DNA from: Candidatus Woesearchaeota archaeon
Lineage (GTDB): Archaea > Nanobdellota > Nanobdellia > Woesearchaeales > GW2011-AR4
Assembly (NCBI GenBank): GCA_016188245.1
Contig: JACPIE010000038.1
Location: 30,939 to 94,938 of the forward strand
DNA length: 64,000 nt
Direction: 5' to 3'
Part shown: one piece after another, positions 58,774 to 64,000 of the stretch
How positions within the stretch are numbered: position 1 is the stretch's first letter
Layout: each line of letters begins with the position of its first letter
The notes under the pieces: generated by a model
What the model was told of the DNA's origin: nothing
The model's input: only the letters and a program-made list of their open reading frames with translations
The model's database searches: none
Made by a program: the position numbers and the translations under genes

Positions 58774-58906
58774 AGCGAGGGATGGGATTTTCGTCATTCT
58801 TGAACTCGAACCCATGATAAAGCGGGCTTGGCGCGAGCATTTCATCACCTTTCAGTTCAAATTGCTGCTTTGCAGCCGCTCCCCTTAGCCGCTTGGGCAC
58901 CCTCGC
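58774..58906 (-). tRNA. tRNA-Cys(GCA) with two introns (37/38 at 58827-58869; T-loop 59/60 at 58788-58804)
   Basis: Acceptor GCGAGGG/CCCTCGC, U73, anticodon stem AGCGG/CCGCT with CT-GCA-A, T stem ATGGG/CCCAT; strict BHB at the second intron. Confidence 0.9.
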
Positions 58907-59038
58907 TTGAAAACAACTGATAGAACTAGCAACAGCCGCATATATAATAATCTTGCTTAATCATATTATGAATGTTAATCCAATGATTATTCAGATGTGT
59001 ATGCTCCATTTTATGCCTAAATCGCTTTTCCCATTCTT

Positions 59039-59167
59039 TTACTTGTCCAAGCCGCGGCTGTTGAAGTCTACTGAAAGCAGGTTTTGAAGGAATTCTTCAA
59101 ATTCTTCCTTGCTTTCCGCGCCGAACTTCGTCCGCTGGTTAGAGTTTAGTTTTGTCTTTTGTACCAA
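59039..59167 (-). CDS. Small hypothetical protein (42 aa)
   Basis: GGAGGTG SD followed by TTG: MVQKTKLNSNQRTKFGAESKEEFEEFLQNLLSVDFNSRGLDK. Confidence 0.45.
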   Translation of the reverse strand: MVQKTKLNSNQRTKFGAESKEEFEEFLQNLLSVDFNSRGLDK

Positions 59168-59373
59168 TTTTAACACCTCCGAATTTTTTAGAAAAAAAGT
59201 AAGGTTAAAATCGGCAACTAACACACCATCACAGCTGTATGGGCTGTGGTGTGGATAGGGCTGACTGTTGTATGCAGAATACTACTCCTATTCCACGTGT
59301 TACTTGCCATTCTTAATAGATTAATGACCATCTTATATTTAAATATTGCGTTTTTGTGCGAATATCGCACATA

Positions 59374-60591
59374 TTATTGCGGTTCCTGGCTTGCCCGGCT
59401 AAGCTCATTCAGCTGCTTCAAGGACTCGCATGACTGCCTTAAATGATTGTTGATTATGCTGCCGCATACAGAATAGTCTTTGTTGTCGAGCACAAATGTC
59501 ATGTAGCAGGAATCCTTTCTGCTGTCCGCCGATATATCCCGGCAGATTGAATTGTCATTGGAGGACTTGGCAATGCCTGAATAGCACAAGTCCTTTATCC
59601 TTGCATTTGATATTCTGGCGCAGTAGCTCTTGTCGCGCTGCACCCCACCAATACTGCTTATGCATTCGTCTTTCAGGTCAGGCACTTCAATTGCGCTGCA
59701 CTGCTGCAGCGCTTTTAGCGGATTTGCCCTTGCAGCTTCCTTGATTTCATCTAAATCCTCCGGCAATGCTGGAAAGGAAGGTTCTGCAGCCTTTGGGCAA
59801 TCAGCCAAGCAATCATCATTTTCCTGGGATTCGCATGCATTATTGCCGCAGCATGGTTCGATAGGCTTATTTGAGCAAATGCCGTTTTCAACCAGGTCAT
59901 CAGTGCATTGGTTGTTGTCATTGCATTCCTTGGCCTGCCCATTGCAGGGATTGCATGCCCCTCCGCAGTCAATATTTTCTTCATCCTGATTTTTTACTCC
60001 GTCAAAGCATGTCTCTTTTTTTGCAGCCCTCGCAATCTTGACAGGCAATGTTGCAACTGCTTTCTTGTTTTCATATTCAACAATGGCCCTCAATATGTAA
60101 TCTCCTGTTTTTGTGTCGTCTGGAATCAGCATTTTTGTCTGGGTTGAGCCGAAAGTTTCAATAGCCCTTGTTTCAATTTTTTGGGTTACAATCTCGTTAG
60201 TTAAAGGATCTATGATCTCCTGCTTTATCACCACATCATATCTTTTTGCAGACCCGAGGTTTGAAAGCTCTTTGATAAAGGCGATGCTTTGCCCTGGCGC
60301 TACATTCGTTGCTATTGGCTCAAGGTTAAGGTCAAGAAGATTAGATGGAGTTTGCACTGGCTTGTAGCGCAAGAATAGCACAATCCCAGTTAAAAAAACC
60401 AAAATCAAAACCACAACAAAAACCGATGTGCGCGACAGGTGTATCTCATGCCTTATTGTAGTTGAGCCTATGGCGTCGTCAATCTCGCTGCCCGAGTAGC
60501 CATACTTAAGCAAAACATTCCTTATTGAAGAAACATCATACCCTTTTTTAAGCTGCTTTTTAATATAGTCTATCAGGCTCTTTTTTGGCAT
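59374..60591 (-). CDS. Single-pass surface protein: cytoplasmic helical domain, TM, Ig-like domain, Cys-rich repeats
   Basis: LIDYIKKQLKKGY...LLKYGY; TM helix; CFDGVKNQDEENIDCGG; repeated C-x2-I-x5-DxC units. Confidence 0.85.
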   Translation of the reverse strand: MPKKSLIDYIKKQLKKGYDVSSIRNVLLKYGYSGSEIDDAIGSTTIRHEIHLSRTSVFVVVLILVFLTGIVLFLRYKPVQTPSNLLDLNLEPIATNVAPGQSIAFIKELSNLGSAKRYDVVIKQEIIDPLTNEIVTQKIETRAIETFGSTQTKMLIPDDTKTGDYILRAIVEYENKKAVATLPVKIARAAKKETCFDGVKNQDEENIDCGGACNPCNGQAKECNDNNQCTDDLVENGICSNKPIEPCCGNNACESQENDDCLADCPKAAEPSFPALPEDLDEIKEAARANPLKALQQCSAIEVPDLKDECISSIGGVQRDKSYCARISNARIKDLCYSGIAKSSNDNSICRDISADSRKDSCYMTFVLDNKDYSVCGSIINNHLRQSCESLKQLNELSRASQEPQ

Positions 60592-60950
60592 TGAACAATT
60601 TTTATTTCTTATTGTATTTAAAGTTATTTGTCAAAATTCTTAAATAGGATTTGGGTGTCTTTTTATCACAATAACTTACAGAAGATTATTGTTAAATGCT
60701 TTTCCGGCTGCGAAGTGCCAATAAATTATGCATTTTAAACAGCGTTCCGAAAAGTAGTTTTTAATGGCCCGTGCTCAATCAGGCGAACAAAGGTGAGCAG
60801 TCAAGAACAAACATCAAGTTGGACATTTTGTTTCAGTAGTTTTGTTAGTTAGCCGTTAGGGTGGTCATCAATTCATCAGCCTAACTGATAGTTGCAGAAC
60901 AAATATAAATAGATAAAAATTTAAATCTCCTAAAAACACAAAAAAATAAG

Positions 60951-61427
60951 ATGGAAAAAATAATGCTCGACACTAATGTCTTTTCTAGACCTTTAGATGA
61001 TTTGTCAGACAAAAGTGTAAAACTGGAAGCTGAATCATCAAAGAGAATATTCAATTTTGCCCGCGATAAAACAGCATCAATAGTTACATCAGAAATCTTG
61101 TTTTATGAAATTGGCTTGATTAAAGAGAAAGACAAGCGCGAAGTGATTTTTCATCTTGCAAAAAATGTTGAAAGAAGCATGATTATGATTAATCCTGACA
61201 TTGAAAAACTTGCAGATGATCTTAAAGCCCACATTAAAGATTATGCTGATTGCCTGCATATCGCTTCAGCAGCTTTATCAGGCTGCAGCTATCTTGTCAC
61301 CTGCGACAAAGAATTATTAAGAAAGGCAGGAAAAATAGGAAGTTTTTTATTAAGCCTTAATATTAAGCTCCATATAATCAATCCTGTAAATCTTCCAAGC
61401 ATAATAGGCGAACAAAATGGAAACTGA
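60951..61427 (+). CDS. PIN-domain toxin
   Basis: LDTNVFSRP, DCLHIASA, LVTCD. Confidence 0.88.
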   Translation: MEKIMLDTNVFSRPLDDLSDKSVKLEAESSKRIFNFARDKTASIVTSEILFYEIGLIKEKDKREVIFHLAKNVERSMIMINPDIEKLADDLKAHIKDYADCLHIASAALSGCSYLVTCDKELLRKAGKIGSFLLSLNIKLHIINPVNLPSIIGEQNGN

Positions 61428-61626
61428 AATGCACCATCCACTGGTTGAGAAGGGAATAGCAGCTCTGTTCAAAGAGCTTGGACCAGTGGAAACCATAGAA
61501 TTCTTCCAGAGATTGGGCATCAATAGAGGAGACAGTGTAAAAGAAATTGAGAGTATCACAGAAAAGATGAGTAAAGAGGAGATTTTGCAAGGCATTAGGA
61601 AATCAAGGAAACAGATTCATTCTTAA
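61417..61626 (+). CDS. Probable antitoxin downstream of the PIN toxin
   Basis: Overlapping small ORF; LFKELGPVETIEFF...GD pattern typical of PIN-associated partners. Confidence 0.7.
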   Translation: METEMHHPLVEKGIAALFKELGPVETIEFFQRLGINRGDSVKEIESITEKMSKEEILQGIRKSRKQIHS

Positions 61627-61880
61627 GTAGTAACAGAAAGCTTTATATACTAGCTCTTCTTTTCTTACAGCTATGAAAGGAGTTGGTTGTTTTCATTGTG
61701 GGCAAATTTTATTCTGATTTAAATAATTTATACTCCATTAATTTGATTGGTTTTAAGTTTCTAGATAATGTTATTTCTATTCATCATCATCGCTAAAATT
61801 CTTGCATTGTTTAATTTAAAATCTTTTTTTATTTCAATTATTAAAATTTTGAGCTAAAATGGAATAAGGCAAAACAATAT

Positions 61881-61988
61881 GGTGGCAGTAGTTCAGTGGT
61901 AGAATAAGCGGCTGTGGTGCAACAAGTGAGCACTCACTTACGTTCGTGCAGCTCCCGCTTGGCGCGAGTTCGATTCTCGCCTGCCGCC
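61881..61988 (+). tRNA. tRNA-His(GUG) with encoded G-1 and a 36-nt intron at 37/38 (61918-61953)
   Basis: Acceptor GTGGCAG/CTGCCGC, C73, anticodon GTG at 61914-61916, BHB central helix CTGT/GCAG, T arm GCGAG-TTCGATT-CTCGC. Confidence 0.92.
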
Positions 61989-62031
61989 CTTTAAAATATG
62001 GAGGCAAAAATGGAAAATATGGTATCAACCA

Positions 62032-62613
62032 GTGATTGTATTCATTGTCGTGCCAAACAATAAGAGCTTGGCAAATTATTTAGATATAACTCTGCGCTAT
62101 TTAGGAAACCCATCTAAAGATAAGGTAGTCGTTTCCAGAGGGGAAGATGTACCATTTATTATAGAGGAGTTATCTCAAAATGGTAAAAAGGCAATTGGCT
62201 TAACAGGCAGGGATTTGTTTAAAGAATACGAGCTATCCAAGTACAACACTAATCTTCTTGTGCTAAAAACTATTGACTGGAATGATAAAAACGCAATGTT
62301 TGGAAAGCCAGTTTTATGCCTGTTAGGCCCAAAAGGTAAAAAGCTGGAAGATTTTCCTAAAAATCTTAGAGTTTCCATTAATTCAAAATACAAAAACCTT
62401 GCTAAAAAATATCTTAATATTCTGGAAGACAAGGGCTATAGGTTTGCTAAAATCTATTTATCGGGTTCAACTGAATCCGCATACTGCAATGGCATTTCTG
62501 ACTTGGTTATTGATATTGTCTATACCGGCTCATCTATCAAAAATGCTAATCTTGAGGTTTATGACAAGATCTTTGAAAGCGATTTTGTAATTATAGGTGT
62601 GAAAAATGATTAA
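62032..62613 (+). CDS. hisG: ATP phosphoribosyltransferase, short-form-like; possible 5' frameshift
   Basis: RGEDVP, GLTGRDL, SKYKNL, LSGSTE, DLVIDIVYTGSSIKNANL. The SD-linked ATG at 62010 is out of frame. Confidence 0.75.
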   Translation: MIVFIVVPNNKSLANYLDITLRYLGNPSKDKVVVSRGEDVPFIIEELSQNGKKAIGLTGRDLFKEYELSKYNTNLLVLKTIDWNDKNAMFGKPVLCLLGPKGKKLEDFPKNLRVSINSKYKNLAKKYLNILEDKGYRFAKIYLSGSTESAYCNGISDLVIDIVYTGSSIKNANLEVYDKIFESDFVIIGVKND

Positions 62614-63343
62614 GCCAAGACAAGCTGTAATGGAAATGCAGGCATATAATCCGCCAACTTCAAATAGAGAAGGCTCTTTAAGATTGGATTTTAATGAAAA
62701 TACCAGTGGGTGTTCTAAAAATGTAATAAAGTCGCTTAGAAAAATAAAAAGAGGAACTCTATCAACATACCCAGAATATACGGCATTAAAAAAAGAAGTG
62801 GCGAAATATTGCAAAGTTAAATCAGACGAGATTATCGCAACTAATGGAACGGATGAGGCAATTAAAACAATCATTGAAGTATACATTGAAGTATACATTG
62901 AGAAAGGTAAGAACGAAATTATTATTCCTATGCCGACTTATGCCATGTTTAAATTTTATGCTCAATTGAATGAGGCAATAAATATAGCAAATGAAAAATC
63001 GCCAGAACACTTGGAATTACAAATAAAAAATCCAGAAAATACAATAAGGAAACTTAAAAATTACGGCTCATTGTTTATAGGAGAGAATACAGCAGAAGTT
63101 TTTGGAGATTATTGCAGCGGCACTAATCACGTACTTCCAACAAATGGTGCAGCCAGATTTACTGGAGGCCTATCAGTAAAGGAATTTGTAAAGATTGTAA
63201 CGTGTCAGAGATTTAGTAGAAAAATTCCAAAGAGTATGATTAAGACAGCTTCAAAACTTGCAGAGATAGAAGGACTTGATGCACACCGAAAAGCAGCTTT
63301 AATTAGGTCAAAGAGTAAAAGTGAAGAGAACTCCACCTCGTAG
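62606..63343 (+). pseudogene. In-frame hisC(N-terminal)::hisD(C-terminal) chimera, probable deletion remnant
   Basis: HisC motifs LDFNEN, YP, NGTDEAI, PTYAMF, then HisD motifs PEHLEL, GDYCSGTNHVLPT, EGLDAH. Confidence 0.85.
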
Positions 63344-63445
63344 TTTAGTGTAGTTTCGTTAGTCTTCGAAATGTCCCCCAATTAACCATAAAGCCACTAA
63401 AAATTATTGAGATTAACAAGCTTTCGCAAAATTTATATCCCTCTT

Positions 63446-63594
63446 TTATACTTAAAATAGTCTATATTAACTACTTTTTTAGTATTAATTTTTAAATTTA
63501 ATACATTAAAAATACTTTATTTATGCTTAAAATCGTATAAATTTTATTTTTTTATAATCACAATCTTTAAATAGTTATACTTAAAATAGTATAA
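63446..63594. promoter_or_regulatory. Three copies of TTATACTTAAAATAGTATAA-like palindrome; candidate RHH operators
   Basis: 63446-63461, 63521-63540, 63575-63594. Confidence 0.6.
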
Positions 63595-63617
63595 AAAAGG
63601 TATATTAATAGGTAAAA

Positions 63618-63791
63618 ATGAGTATTCAAATTAGAATTACTGTATCTAAAGAAATCAACGATTTACTAGAGAGAGTTTCTAAAAAGCTTGGCAAAAAGAA
63701 GTCAATGCTCGCCCGCGAGCTGATGGAGCAGAAAATGTACGATCTTGACCTTATACAGAAAGAGCTGCAGGAAATGGACAAAAAAGGCTGA
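63618..63791 (+). CDS. Ribbon-helix-helix small protein, absent from the ORF track
   Basis: MSIQIRITVSKEINDLLERVSKKLGKKKSMLARELMEQKMYDLDLIQKELQEMDKKG (57 aa). Confidence 0.75.
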   Translation: MSIQIRITVSKEINDLLERVSKKLGKKKSMLARELMEQKMYDLDLIQKELQEMDKKG

Positions 63792-63863
63792 CGATGAACT
63801 TGGCAAAATATCAAATTTCAAATTTTTTAAAAGCATAATCAAAATAAGCCATAAAAGCAAAAA

Positions 63864-64000
63864 ATGAAAATAAATTCAAACAAGAAATCCCAAACAACAA
63901 TATTCATGATAGTTGGCCTGATGATAATAATAGGCGGAGTAATCTTCTTTTACTCAACACAGAATCTTCCGGGGCAGCTTGAGCCTGAAATCAAAATCGT
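63864..64000 (+). CDS. Partial protein with class III (pilin-like) signal peptide
   Basis: MKINSNKKSQ-TTIFMIVGLMIIIGGVIFFY; runs off the end of the window. Confidence 0.7.
   Translation, partial: MKINSNKKSQTTIFMIVGLMIIIGGVIFFYSTQNLPGQLEPEIKI

Noticed and set aside
60760-60895. Hairpins with CTGATGA/TGATGA upstream of the PIN gene, suggesting a hammerhead, fluoride riboswitch or C/D RNA
   Set aside because: The required companion motifs and helices could not be assembled.
132-63814. Numerous 60-160 aa ORFs in the track lying antisense to, or nested in, well-supported genes
   Set aside because: Shadow ORFs with no motifs that overlap confidently assigned genes or tRNAs (e.g. 61834..62028 overlaps tRNA-His).
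1-64000. CRISPR array, cas genes, rRNA genes, integrase, transposase or reverse transcriptase
   Set aside because: No regularly spaced repeats, rRNA-like stretch or corresponding protein motifs were seen.

Overview
Archaeal chromosomal segment, most consistent with a DPANN/Nanobdellota (Woesearchaeota-like) genome. The evidence is an RFC large subunit, archaeal-type GlyRS/ValRS/CysRS, intron-containing tRNAs with bulge-helix-bulge motifs, TTTATATA boxes about 25 nt before many starts, and a KKSQ class-III-like signal peptide. It contains housekeeping, redox and repair genes (trxB, pepA, pfpI, nth, ogg), an MntR-regulated multicopper oxidase/ZIP/NRAMP metal locus, and several toxin-antitoxin pairs. 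There are two class II ribonucleotide reductases flanking a cobalamin adenosyltransferase: one has two inteins and tandem NrdR-like boxes, the other has an altered TDSCGE active-site loop. Also present are tRNA-Cys with two introns and tRNA-His followed by a decayed his operon (hisC::hisD chimera). The three best candidates for undescribed systems are: (1) an AT-rich island at 38801-45092 encoding PRTase, HAD hydrolase, DprA and a DUF1998 helicase-exonuclease fusion (a split, helicase-extended ShosTA-like set), bracketed by long degenerate inverted repeats with dif/attC-like cores; (2) a DUF3800 gene with a convergent structured ~70-nt RNA that has its own promoter; (3) a five-gene ATPase/membrane operon at 2243-9988 whose two large orphan proteins share a paralogous motif series. 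All calls come from motif recognition by eye; no database searches were run.
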